From Methanomassiliicoccaceae archaeon (GTDB taxonomy: Archaea > Thermoplasmatota > Thermoplasmata > Methanomassiliicoccales > Methanomassiliicoccaceae), in the NCBI GenBank assembly GCA_963728405.1, contig CAVSJV010000002.1, positions 128,001 through 192,000 on the forward strand: DNA of 64,000 nt. Direction: 5' to 3'. This document shows positions 1 to 9,800 of this stretch, in pieces. The position numbers and the translations under genes are program-made. Position 1 is the stretch's first letter; every line of letters begins with the position of its first letter. The notes under the pieces are model-generated. The model did not search any database. It had not been told where the DNA came from and saw only the letters and a list, made by a program, of their open reading frames with translations.

Positions 1-1831
1 ATCCTGTTGACCTCCATCAGCTGGCGGTTCCCCACCAGCACGAGCTTCCCGTCGACCTGGGCCCTGATCCCCTGTCCGGGGATGGCCTCAAAGCTGGAGG
101 CGTCCGCTACCTCGATGCCGTCATGCCTGGCCCTCCTCACAATGGCCTCGGCCAGCGGGTGTTCGGAGCCTTTCTCGGCCACTGCAGCGTAGCGCAACGC
201 GTCCTGTTCGGACATCCCCAGGGCGATGACGTTGGTGACCTCGGGCTCACCTTTGGTGATGGTGCCGGTCTTGTCCAGCACTACCGTCTGCACCTTTCCG
301 GCGGTCTCCAGGGACTCGGCGCTCTTGAACAGTATCCCGTTCTCCGCGCCTTTGCCCGAGCCGACCATGATGGCCGTTGGCGTCGCCAGGCCGAGGGCAC
401 AGGGGCAGGAGATGACCAGGACCGAGATGAAGATTATAAGCGAGAAGACGAAGGATTGTCCTTCGTTCACCAGCTCCCCATATGCGTAGAAGTACCACAC
501 CAAGAAGCTGATCGAGGCCAGCAGGATAACCACGGGAACGAACCATGCCGATACGTTATCCGCCAACCTCTGGATGGGAGCTTTCGAGGCCTGGGCGTCC
601 TCTACTAAGCTGATGATCTGGGCGAGGGCGGTGTCCTTGCCGACCTTGGTGGCCTGGACCTTAAGCACGCCGTTCTTATTGATCGAACCACCGATAGCGC
701 TCGAACCGGCGCTCTTCTCCACCGGAATCGACTCTCCAGTGATCATGCTCTCGTCCACCGCCGAGCTGCCCTCGATCACCTGTCCGTCCGTGGCTATCTT
801 TTCGCCGGGACGGACGACGAAGACATCGTCGACCTTGAGCAGCTCCACCGGGTACTTCGACCTCCTGCCCATCTCGAAGCACGCGGGCGGTGCGGGCCTG
901 GAGGCCGATCAGCTCTCTGATGGCCTGTGAGGTCCGTCCCTTGGCCTTGGCCTCAAGATACTTACCGAACAGGATGAGCGAGATGATCATGGCCGAGGTG
1001 TCGAAGTAGACGTTGAGAGTAAAATGGAATGAGCCCGGGCAGGAATACCACGACGACCGAATAGACGTAGGCCGTGGTAGAGCCCATGGCGATGAGGGTG
1101 TCCATATTGGCCCGTCTATTCTTTAGGGCGTAGTACGTGCCGATGTAGAACTGGTAACCAGCGATGAACTGCACTGGGGTGGCTAGGGCGAAGAGCAGGT
1201 AGCCTTCGTAGCCCACGATGCCCAACGTGTCGGCGAGACCGAAGAAGTCGAAGCTGATCATCAGCAGCATGATCGGAACGCTGAGCGAGAGGGAGAATAT
1301 CAGGAGGTATAACTGCCTCCGCTGTTCCTTCTCCCTTTCGGCCATCTCCGTATCCAGGGTCTCGGCCTCGATGACCTCGTAGCCGGAATCGGCTATCGCC
1401 GCCTTCAGGACCGGGACGGTCACCTGTTCCGGATTGTAGCGGATGAATACCTTCTCGGTCGCCAAGTTCACGTTGGCCGAGTAGACACCATCAAGGGCCA
1501 ACAGCGTCTCCTCGATGATCTGCACACAGGAGGCACAGGTCATGCCCTTTACGCCGATCGAGATCTGGTCGACCGCTATATCGTATCCGGCGTCCTTCAC
1601 CGCCTTCTGGATGGCATCAGGAGACACCTTCGTAGGGTCGTAGATCACTCGGGCCTTTTCCGTGGCCAGGTTGACCGAGGCCTGCTCCACTCCTGGCAGT
1701 TCCCCTATGGCCCCCTCGATGATCCCGGCGCAGGAAGCGCAGGTCATACCGGTAACTCCGAACGTTGCTGCTTTCCTGTCCAATGGGGGCGGTTTCAGTG
1801 GGCAGGTCTCCTCACCGCAGGGCTCGGTCAT
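1..1831 (-). CDS. copA: Cu(I)-translocating P1B-type ATPase, 3'-partial (runs off window start), split by indels near 850-1020
   Basis: Two GMTCASC heavy-metal-binding domains (ORF 962..1849), LFGKYLE..KG segment (ORF 676..990), and on the minus strand [11 protein letters not shown] (~380-410) and DKTGT (~260-278). Confidence 0.92.
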
Positions 1832-1990
1832 AATGTCGAATCCCCTCACCTGACACTTGTAGTTATCCCCTGAGGATGTTGACTAGTTGGAAACGTTTCT
1901 TTGATAAATGGAAGGAAATGTAATGAAACGGAGCCTTCTGCCTTCCCCTTGGAAAAAAGATATAACTACCATGCTCCCAAGGAATCCTTC

Positions 1991-2584
1991 ATGAGCCTTG
2001 ATGAGAATGATGTCAATATTCTCCACGCACTCCAAGGGAACGGTCGCCTCTCCTTCCGCCAGGTATCCGAGAAGGTAAAGATCAGCGTGCCCACCGTTAG
2101 CAACAAAGTGGGGATAATGGAAAAGCTCGGGGTGATCAAGGGTTACCGGGCGGACCTGGACCCAGAACGTCTCGGGGAGCTGAGTGCTATGGTCACTGTC
2201 AAGGCTAAGCCGGCCGAACTTTCAGCGGTGGCTGACCACTTCGATGACGATGAACAGGTCCGTCAAATGTTCTACCTGAGCAGCGGTCGCCTGCTGTTGG
2301 TTTGTACATTCGTTGGAGCGCACCAGATCAACGAGTTCGCTGCCAAGCTCGGCTCGATCCCGGAGGTCCTGGAATACGACATCGCTAACGTTATAAGTGT
2401 GGCCAAGGAGCTGGACCGGGCAGTGGTTGCTTCAGGCCTGAGCGTGGTGATGCAGTGCACCCAATGCGGGAGGGAAATGAGGGACGAACCGATCCGACTT
2501 AAGGAGAATGGGAAGGACTTCTACCTGTGCTCCCCGACCTGTATGAATGCCTTTCAGGCCCGGCCGGCCCGTTTGGGCACCTGA
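1991..2584 (+). CDS. Lrp/AsnC-type HTH regulator with C-terminal TRASH/YHS metal-binding domain (CopR/CopT-like)
   Basis: LDENDVNILHALQGNGRLSFRQVSE HTH; CTQC...FYLCSPTC C-terminus; divergent from copA. Confidence 0.85.
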   Translation: MSLDENDVNILHALQGNGRLSFRQVSEKVKISVPTVSNKVGIMEKLGVIKGYRADLDPERLGELSAMVTVKAKPAELSAVADHFDDDEQVRQMFYLSSGRLLLVCTFVGAHQINEFAAKLGSIPEVLEYDIANVISVAKELDRAVVASGLSVVMQCTQCGREMRDEPIRLKENGKDFYLCSPTCMNAFQARPARLGT

Positions 2585-2965
2585 TCATCGTCTATGGGCG
2601 ACAACTTCGATCTCGACCCTGGCCCCCAAGGGCAGGGCGCTGACGGCCACAGTGCTGCGGGCCGGAGGGTCGTGAGCAAAGGAACGTGCATAGCTCTCGT
2701 TGACCTCTTTGAAATCGGCCATGTCAGTGACGAATATGGTGGTCTTGACCACATCCGCCATAGAGCACCCAGCAGATATTAGGACCGCTTCTAGGTTCCT
2801 GAGGGCTTGGCGGGCCTGTTCGGCCGCTCCGTTACCGACCAGCATGCCATTGGATGGATCGATGCCGATCTGGCCAGAGCAATAGATCACTTGACCATGG
2901 GCGATGGCCTGCGAATAGGGCCCCACCGGGCGGGGGGCCTTCTCGGTTTGGATGACCGCTCTCAT
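2585..2965 (-). CDS. ridA: RidA/YjgF family enamine/imine deaminase
   Basis: APRPVGPYSQA, SGQIG, PPARSTVAVSALPLGARVEIE motifs. Confidence 0.9.
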   Translation of the reverse strand: MRAVIQTEKAPRPVGPYSQAIAHGQVIYCSGQIGIDPSNGMLVGNGAAEQARQALRNLEAVLISAGCSMADVVKTTIFVTDMADFKEVNESYARSFAHDPPARSTVAVSALPLGARVEIEVVAHRR

Positions 2966-2991
2966 CCGTCCGGCATCCATGAGCTGGATAT

Positions 2992-3696
2992 TTACTCTTT
3001 TTTGATGCCAAGCAGGGCCGGCAGTTCGTCCACACTGGCTATAACGGTGGGGCAATCGCATTTCTTCCAGTCTCGCCAGTCGAACGAACCGGTCAGCACT
3101 CCGACGAACTGGGCCGAGGTCGAGCGCGCGCAGGTGAGGTCCATTGAATGATCGCCCACCATGAGACAGTTCTCCGAGGGTATCCCGAGCAATGAGGCCA
3201 CACGTTCCATGGCCTTTCCATTAGGTTTGGCCTCTTCCTCGGGGTGATCGTCCCGACATACCATGGCATCGAATCCTTGTTTCAGGCCTGCATTCCGGAG
3301 CGCTGCCAGGGCATAAGCGCGGGAGCCCCTTGTCAGCAGGCCGATCATTAGCCCATGCTCCTCTAAGATGCGAAGGCAATCGCCCGCTCCCCCGACCGGC
3401 CGGGTTTCGGAGACTTTCTCCATCTCGGTCAGGTCCATCAGCCTGCCGACCTCATCCCGGAGGTCCATCTCCTCCGCTCCCCGCCCCCGCGACGCGAGGT
3501 CCTTGATCCCCCGGTCAAGGTTGTTCACGATGGTGTCCTGAGGGTCCAATAGTGTCAGTTTAACGCCCCGTCGGGTCAGTTCCTCTAATAATCGCTGCTT
3601 CATCTTCCGGAAGTCCACCGACGTGTGGATGAGCGTACCATCGAGGTCGAAGACCACCGCTTCGATGACTCTGTCCCCGAATCTCAACGAGGTCAC
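2992..3696 (-). CDS. HAD-superfamily hydrolase (phosphoglycolate phosphatase-like)
   Basis: VFDLDGTL motif I, KPNG and VGDH..D motifs. Confidence 0.85.
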   Translation of the reverse strand: MTSLRFGDRVIEAVVFDLDGTLIHTSVDFRKMKQRLLEELTRRGVKLTLLDPQDTIVNNLDRGIKDLASRGRGAEEMDLRDEVGRLMDLTEMEKVSETRPVGGAGDCLRILEEHGLMIGLLTRGSRAYALAALRNAGLKQGFDAMVCRDDHPEEEAKPNGKAMERVASLLGIPSENCLMVGDHSMDLTCARSTSAQFVGVLTGSFDWRDWKKCDCPTVIASVDELPALLGIKKE

Positions 3697-3823
3697 TCGT
3701 GGTCCATGCTCCTTCCGCTATTTTAGGGCAACGTTCAGGCACGCTATTAACGGTATTTAATATTTCAGTGCCAGATGGTGGATTATTGGTCCGTTTTAAG
3801 GAGTTCAGTATTTAAAGTTAACT

Positions 3824-3866
3824 GGAGCATGCTCAACGACCCATTTTATATTCACAAATCAACCCC
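3824..3866 (+). promoter_or_regulatory. Putative promoter for the repeat array: palindrome GAGCATGCTC (3825-3834) plus TATA box TTTTATAT (3844-3851)
   Basis: GGAGCATGCTCAA is identical at 7051-7063, with the same spacing to a TATA box. Confidence 0.6.
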
Positions 3867-3903
3867 GGAACATCAGATAATTGGGTAGGGAAAGGTGGAA
3901 AAA

Positions 3904-3930
3904 ATGTTTGGAAGCATCGGTCCGCACTAA
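3904..3930 (+). CDS. Putative octapeptide MFGSIGPH, copy 1
   Basis: AAGGTG SD, 6-nt spacer, ATG TTT GGA AGC ATC GGT CCG CAC TAA. Confidence 0.5.
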   Translation: MFGSIGPH

Positions 3931-4018
3931 CTGTCCAAATACACTCCCTGCGGGGAGAGAAACACTAGAAACTCGATCACAGGTTCGCGATTGAAAAAAG
4001 CTGGAAGAGGTGGAAAAA

Positions 4019-4045
4019 ATGTTTGGAAGCATCGGTCCGCACTAA
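4019..4045 (+). CDS. Putative octapeptide MFGSIGPH, copy 2
   Basis: GAGGTG SD followed by the identical 27-nt ORF. Confidence 0.5.
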   Translation: MFGSIGPH

Positions 4046-4132
4046 CGTCCAAATACACTCCCTGCGGGGAGAGAAACACTAGAAACTCGATCACAGGTTC
4101 GCGATTGAAAAAAGCTGGAAGAGGTGGAAAAA

Positions 4133-4159
4133 ATGTTTGGAAGCATCGGTCCGCACTAA
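4133..4159 (+). CDS. Putative octapeptide MFGSIGPH, copy 3
   Basis: GAGGTG SD followed by the identical 27-nt ORF. Confidence 0.5.
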   Translation: MFGSIGPH

Positions 4160-4246
4160 CGTCCAAATACACTCCCTGCGGGGAGAGAAACACTAGAAAC
4201 TCGATCACAGGTTCGCGATTGAAAAAAGCTGGAAGAGGTGGAAAAA

Positions 4247-4273
4247 ATGTTTGGAAGCATCGGTCCGCACTAA
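4247..4273 (+). CDS. Putative octapeptide MFGSIGPH, copy 4
   Basis: GAGGTG SD followed by the identical 27-nt ORF. Confidence 0.5.
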   Translation: MFGSIGPH

Positions 4274-4312
4274 CGTCCAAATACACTCCCTGCGGGGAGT
4301 ATTCCTCCTGAT

Positions 4313-7007
4313 TTATATTCCAATTTTTGCTATCGTTTCTTCGACCTTCGCTTTTAGCATGGTGGCGGAACCATCGGTCGAGATCTGTAGGGCTTCATTC
4401 AAGAGGTTGGATGCGCCCTCGAAGTCCCCGCTCTTCAGGTACTCCTGGGCAACTTCATAGAGCATCATCCCTAGGGCCAATGGCACATTGATCTTCCGAA
4501 TGCCTTCTATGGCGGTTCTGAACTCCTCCTTGGCCCATTCCCACTCCATCTTCCGGTTGTAGATGCCTCCCTTGATCATGTGAAGGTCGGCAAGATTGAA
4601 TTGGTTGTTCAACTTCTCGAAGATCTTGAATGCAGAATTAAGGTATTCTTCCGCCTGGTTAAGCTCATCGAGCTCCAACATGGCGTTAGATGCATTGCGG
4701 AATGCATAGGCCTGTAACTCCAGATTACCGGAGGTTCGCCCCATCTCAATGGCCCTTTCCTGGTACCTAACGGCCTCGGAAAACTTGTTGATATCCGCAA
4801 AGCTCCCACCCAATCCTATGAGCACTCTGGCGATATCATCGACGTCGCCGGTCCGTTCGATAATGCTCAGGGCTTCCTTCTTGTACAGGATGGCCTGAGC
4901 ATGATCCATCTGTGCCGAATGGACCAATCCTATGCCATAGAGCGCTTTTCCTAGACCGTTATCGTCGAGGTTGGCCTGTGCCAGCCCCTTGGACTTCTGG
5001 AAGAAATCGATCGCTTCCAGGTAGCGTCCCCGGCTTCTCAACACCCCGCCCATGTCATAATAGGTCTCCACAAGAGCATGGGGGTCAGTGATGCCCTCGG
5101 CCAATCGAAGGCTTCGGGCCAGATACTCTTCGGCCTTTTCATAGTTCGACCAGCGGATATGAACGACGCCGATCCGCCTGTTGACCTCGGCCAGCACCCT
5201 GCGGTCCTTCTCCGGATGGGCCAGTGCAGAAACCTCCTCGAACCGAGCTATGGCCGATCGCCACTCGCCTCGGACCTCCAGGATATATCCTTCTAATAAA
5301 AGCAGTTCGATCTTCTCGCTGCGGTCGATATTGTCACATTGGCCTCTCAGGGAAGCGAGCAGTGGGGCGAACGGTAGGCCATATCCCTTGGAGATGATCT
5401 CCCGTCCCTTGCTAGCGGCTATCCTCACTGCCATGCTAAATTCCCTGGCCATGAGACAATGGTACATCGCCTCCACATTGGCAGGGGCCGATGTGTCGGT
5501 GAGATAGTATCGAGATGCTGCCTTATGATAGCTTATCCTCTGTCGGGGAGTGAGGCGGGAATAGAAGAAGTCCCTCAGGAGATCGATGCATGCCGATCAT
5601 GCGGCCGATCGACTCGACCATCAGGGATTTGGCCAGTAGGGTGTCGAGGGTGTCATAGTCTACGAGGTAGTCCTTGTAGTCCATTTCCTTCCGAACCATT
5701 CCGTATTCCTTGGCGATCTCCTCCTCCATGGTGTAGAATGCGTCCACCATCACCGGATAGCGGAATATGGAGGCGATCTCCAAGATGCGTCGTTCCGTGA
5801 CATCAAGCTTGGCGTACACCTCCTGCTCGATGAACATACGGATGTTCTTGCCCAGCGCGCTGCGGGGGTTGTCCACAAGCTCCAGGAATAGAGGGTGGCC
5901 CCGGGTCGCCTTGTAGATGTCCAAAAGGTCCGGCTCCGGTAGCTCCCGGCCACGCATCAATTTGAGGCTGCTTTCGAGGTCCAGACCATCCAGCATCATC
6001 TCTGATACCAGCCCATTGAACACTGCGCTGCGGGAATAGAATGAAGGGATCTCTCGGCTAGTGCAAAGGACGGACACATGCTCGAGCGATTCGAGGACAC
6101 CTGCCAGCGCCGTAAGGAAGTCCTGTACCGACTGATCGGCCTTCTGGACATCATCGATAATGAAGACCGTCGGCAGGTCCTTGAGCTCCGTCTCCAGTAT
6201 GGAGGTGACCTCCCCCACCATGGGCGTATCGGTCCTGGAAATGTACCGTTCTAGTCCCTTCCTTCCCAGCTGGGACAGGAACTCGGCGATGGGGGTCAGG
6301 AGGATCTCTAGGTTTACCCATTCATGGACCCGATACCAGTATACGTTCCTCTGCTCCCGGACATCCTGTACGAACTTGGCAAGTAAGGTGGTCTTTCCGA
6401 TGCCAGGGATACCACAGATCACCAGCAACCGGGCAGTGTCCGAATCGAGGAACGACGCCAGCTTTTGTAGTTCATGCTGACGACCGTAGAATGTTCTGAC
6501 CGTGGGCTTTCGATCAGTATAGTCAACGAACCTCCTTTCCTCCTTGGCCTTCCCCTCATGAAACGAAGAGCAGTCGAAATGGCCTCTGGAGACGCCTAGC
6601 GCGAGGTCCAAGAAGGCGTAGCGTTTTGGCAGGAAGAGGCTCAGCTTACCCATCTCCTCCTCGTGACTCTTCCCGTCAAAATCGATGATGACTATCTTGG
6701 TACGCTCCAGATCAGCCTTGAGTTCTAGGGAAGTCTGGTACCCCTTTGGGGTTAAGAAATACACCTTTTTTACGCTGGCGAACCCTTTCACATGCTTGGT
6801 GTGAACCTCGATTATGCCATCGGAAGCCAGCGCATTGACCACCTTGGACACGTTATTCCTGCCCACCTCCACCGCATCGGCGATACCCTCCTGAGTGATC
6901 GATGCAGGAGCGTCGGAGTCCTGCAGGTATCTTTGATATGCCAGTAGGTGCAAGAGCACCCTCTCACGGACAGTGAGCAAAGATTTCTTGGAGGACCGGT
7001 TCAACAC
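4313..7007 (-). CDS. Winged-helix / P-loop ATPase (STAND-like) / TPR-repeat regulator, ~900 aa, split by one indel near 5580
   Basis: N-terminal ITQEGIADAVEVGRNNVSKVV wHTH; FYGRQHEL, GIPGIGKTT Walker A, IIDDVQ Walker B, GHPLFL; the frames rejoin as MHDLLRDFFY; C-terminal TPR helices in ORF 4313..5476. Confidence 0.85.
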
Positions 7008-7050
7008 GACTGGAAGCGGTTGTTAGACAAAATAATTTTCTAGACTAAAA

Positions 7051-7093
7051 GGAGCATGCTCAAAACGGTATTATATACGCAAAATCCGACCCC
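7051..7093 (+). promoter_or_regulatory. Palindrome GAGCATGCTC (7052-7061) plus TATA box TTATATAC (7071-7078) in the divergent intergenic region
   Basis: Same motif and spacing as 3824-3851. Confidence 0.6.
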
Positions 7094-7118
7094 TATCTGC
7101 GAAATAAGGTGATCTAAG

Positions 7119-7671
7119 ATGAAGAGCGATTCAAGAATATCATTGCTCATCGAAGGATACCCCCGGACCGGTTACCAGACCTATTCCCGGATCGTTGGTC
7201 GGTCGACTAGGGGGCTATGCATCTCCCGTCTGCACCCTGATTATGTAGCCAAGAAGTACGGTCTGGAGATGTCCAAGAGGTACTGGCTGAGCGGCCAGAA
7301 GGGTGAAGAGGTCATCGCACCGAAATCACTTCACCAGCTCATCAAGGTCGTCCGCTCCGAACTTAGGGGACGTGCCGGCGGTTCGATCTTCATGGACGGT
7401 CTTGAGTATCTGCTGTTGTTCAATGACCTAGGTAAAGTGATGGCCGCCATGGACGAGCTTGATGTCCTGCTCAAGGCCGCCAATGTTGAACTCATCGTCT
7501 CCGTGGACCCCCTGACCTTCGAGCAGAAGGACAGTTGAGAAGCTTTGGGGTTCATTCCCCCGGTACACCACCGAGGAAATGTTGATGAAGCACCCTATAG
7601 AACAATCTCAGCATATCTCCGAAGACGAGCCAATGAGCGCTGGTCAAGGGATTGCGGGTCTAAGGGTATAA
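7119..7671 (+). CDS. DUF835 (KaiC/RecA-like inactive ATPase fold) protein; probable indel near 7532 extends ORF 7119..7538
   Basis: GLCISRLHP, YWLS, IFMDGLEYLLLFN, VDP motifs; AAGGTGAT SD. Confidence 0.75.
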
Positions 7672-8047
7672 GAAGGATGGCCCCCGAGGCCATTACTAGG
7701 TCGTTGATCTGCTCCACGAACATCTGGACCCTGTTGAAATCGTTGAACAGGCACAAGTACTCGATGCCGTCGAGCAGTATCACCGCGTTCTTTTTTCCTA
7801 TCAGGAAACCGTCGATGCGATTGATGACCCTGTGGAGTTGGTCCGGCGGGATGTTGTTAGCACCATTGCGCTCGCTCAACCAGATGGACTCGAGCGACTG
7901 GTCGGGCATCCTCTCGTGTAATAGGTCTGGATGCATTCGGGAAACGCACATGGTGCTTGAGCCAGAATAGATGAGGTCTTGGAGGATCTTAAGGGTCTTG
8001 TCCATCCGTTTTTCGCAAATGAGATAGACCCTACCGTAGTCGAACAG
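7595..8047 (-). CDS. DUF835 domain protein (start uncertain; ORF track extends to 8155)
   Basis: MCVSRMHP, IWLSE, ILLDGIEYLCLFNDF, LDP motifs; GGAGGA SD precedes a CTG at 8047. Confidence 0.8.
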   Translation of the reverse strand: MFDYGRVYLICEKRMDKTLKILQDLIYSGSSTMCVSRMHPDLLHERMPDQSLESIWLSERNGANNIPPDQLHRVINRIDGFLIGKKNAVILLDGIEYLCLFNDFNRVQMFVEQINDLVMASGAILLIPLDPQSLDQRSLARLRRYAEIVL

Positions 8048-8224
8048 GAGCGTATCCTCCCCCGTATTGGTATTGAGGGAATGAATGCTTACGGTGTCAT
8101 CTTTCAGTGATCCAGGCACGAACAAAGGCCACACCCTATAATTCTGTCTCGACAAATTATATGCCGTCTAGATTGTGGTATGAATATTAATAACCGACTG
8201 CGGACCTCAAATATTGACCTGCTC

Positions 8225-8356
8225 AGTGCCACCTGGCCCTATCCAGGCTACCGCCATCCTGCAGGATGCGGTGACCGATGTGTATCGCTTCCAGGCAACC
8301 GTTCTTATGTGCCTGTACCCGCTTCTTCTCCCCCCATGCACGATGATGGTGACTAT
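8225..8356 (-). pseudogene. N-terminal remnant resembling isoaspartyl peptidase/L-asparaginase (Ntn hydrolase)
   Basis: VTIIVHGG, then after a frameshift KNGCLEAIHIGHRILQDGGSLD followed by a stop. Confidence 0.4.
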
Positions 8357-8412
8357 AAGTTAGGCGATAACGCCGCGGTTCTAAAGAAAATATGGAGGAA
8401 GGGGTTTGTAGC

Positions 8413-9738
8413 TCAGTTGCCGTTTCCGCCTTTCAGCTCGCCGTGGATGTACTTCCCGTAGCCGACCATATCAAGCAGGCCGTGGCCGGATAGATTGAAG
8501 ACGATGATCTTCTCCTCGTTCTTCTTCTTGGCCTCCAGGGCCTTATCGATGGCCGCCTTGATGGCGTGCGAGCTCTCCGGGGCGGGGATGATGCCCTCGG
8601 TCTTAGCGAACGTTATGGCTGCCTCGAACGTTTCCACCTGATCATAGGCCATAGGTGTGACGTAATTCAGTTTGGTTACCAACGAGACGGTGGGGGCCAT
8701 GCCGTGGTAGCGCAGTCCACCGGCGTGGATCGGCGAGGGCATGAATTCGTGGCCGAGGGTGTACATCTTGAACAGCGGGGTCATGCCGGCAGTGTCGCCG
8801 AAGTCGTAACGGTACTCCCCAGCTGTTAGTGACGGGACAGATGTCGGTTCGACCGCGATGAATTCGGTGTCGATCTGGCCCTTGATCTTCTTCTCGAGCA
8901 TGGGGAAGCTGAATCCCGCGAAGTTGCTGCCCCCACCTACGCAACCGATCATGTAATCCGGCACGATGTCAAGATAGTCCAGCTGCTGTATGACCTCCTG
9001 ACCGATGACGGTCTGGTGGAGCATGACATGGTTCGCCACGCTGCCTAGTGCATATTTGGTGTTATTCTGATTCACGCAGGTCTCGATCGCCTCGGAAATG
9101 GCTATTCCAAGAGATCCGGGGTGGTTGGGGTCCTTTTCCAGTAGCTGCCGGCCAAAGGAGGTCTCCTTGCTCGGGGACGCGTAAACCTGGCCGCCATAGG
9201 TTTCCATTATTAGCCGGCGGAAGGGCTTCTGGTCGAAAGAAACACGGACCATGAACACTTTGCAGTCCATATCAAAGTGCGCGCAGGACAGTGCCAGGGC
9301 GGTACCCCATTGCCCCGCCCCAGTCTCGGTTGTAAGGTGCTCCACTCCTTCTTTCATGTTATAATAGACCTGAGCTATGGCCGTGTTAGGCTTATGAGAA
9401 CCGCCTGGGCTGAGGTCTTCCCGCTTGAAGTAGATCTTAGCAGGGGTCTTCAGGAACGCCTCCAGCCTCCTGGCCCTTTGCAGGGGAGAGGGGCGTCCGA
9501 GCATCACGTAGGCATCGCGGACCTCTTCCGGGATGTCGATGTACCGTTCGCTGGCCATCTCCTGGGCGATGATGGCCTTGGGGAAGATAGCCTCCAGTTC
9601 TTGAGGTGTGGATGGCTGCATGGTCCTTGGATTGAGGGGTGGGGGGACCGGTTCAGGGAGATCAGCGGCTATATTGTACCACTTGGTGGGGATGTCGTCC
9701 ACCGTGAGCATGACCTTGTCGTCCTTGTGAATGGACAT
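8413..9738 (-). CDS. trpB2: TrpB2 (tryptophan synthase beta chain 2-like PLP enzyme)
   Basis: [11 protein letters not shown] lysine, [29 protein letters not shown]. Confidence 0.93.
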   Translation of the reverse strand: MSIHKDDKVMLTVDDIPTKWYNIAADLPEPVPPPLNPRTMQPSTPQELEAIFPKAIIAQEMASERYIDIPEEVRDAYVMLGRPSPLQRARRLEAFLKTPAKIYFKREDLSPGGSHKPNTAIAQVYYNMKEGVEHLTTETGAGQWGTALALSCAHFDMDCKVFMVRVSFDQKPFRRLIMETYGGQVYASPSKETSFGRQLLEKDPNHPGSLGIAISEAIETCVNQNNTKYALGSVANHVMLHQTVIGQEVIQQLDYLDIVPDYMIGCVGGGSNFAGFSFPMLEKKIKGQIDTEFIAVEPTSVPSLTAGEYRYDFGDTAGMTPLFKMYTLGHEFMPSPIHAGGLRYHGMAPTVSLVTKLNYVTPMAYDQVETFEAAITFAKTEGIIPAPESSHAIKAAIDKALEAKKKNEEKIIVFNLSGHGLLDMVGYGKYIHGELKGGNGN

Positions 9739-9800
9739 ACAGGGCCAATAATACTGAGAAATATATAACACTATTGTGTAATGATGTACATATAGTTACA

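Larger units (their letters stand above)
3893..4299 (+). repeat. Tandem direct repeat, ~114-bp unit, 3 full units plus a partial fourth (core present 4 times)
   Basis: Unit AGGTGGAAAAAATGTTTGGAAGCATCGGTCCGCACTAACGTCCAAATACACTCCCTGCGGGGAG+linker; ATGs at 3904, 4019, 4133, 4247; copy 1 has one extra T. Confidence 0.97.

Noticed and set aside
1890-1899. Palindrome GAAACGTTTC between copA and its regulator
   Set aside because: A single 10-bp palindrome with no second copy noticed; insufficient to call an operator.
3893-4299. CRISPR array
   Set aside because: Units are identical over the full 114 bp with no unique spacers, and there are no cas genes in the window.
3927-4311. Repeat-protein ORFs 3927..4286 (-) and 3991..4311 (+)
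   Set aside because: They are open only because the unit length is a multiple of 3. They lack convincing start context and break at the 1-nt insertion in copy 1, whereas the 8-codon ORF has an SD in every copy.
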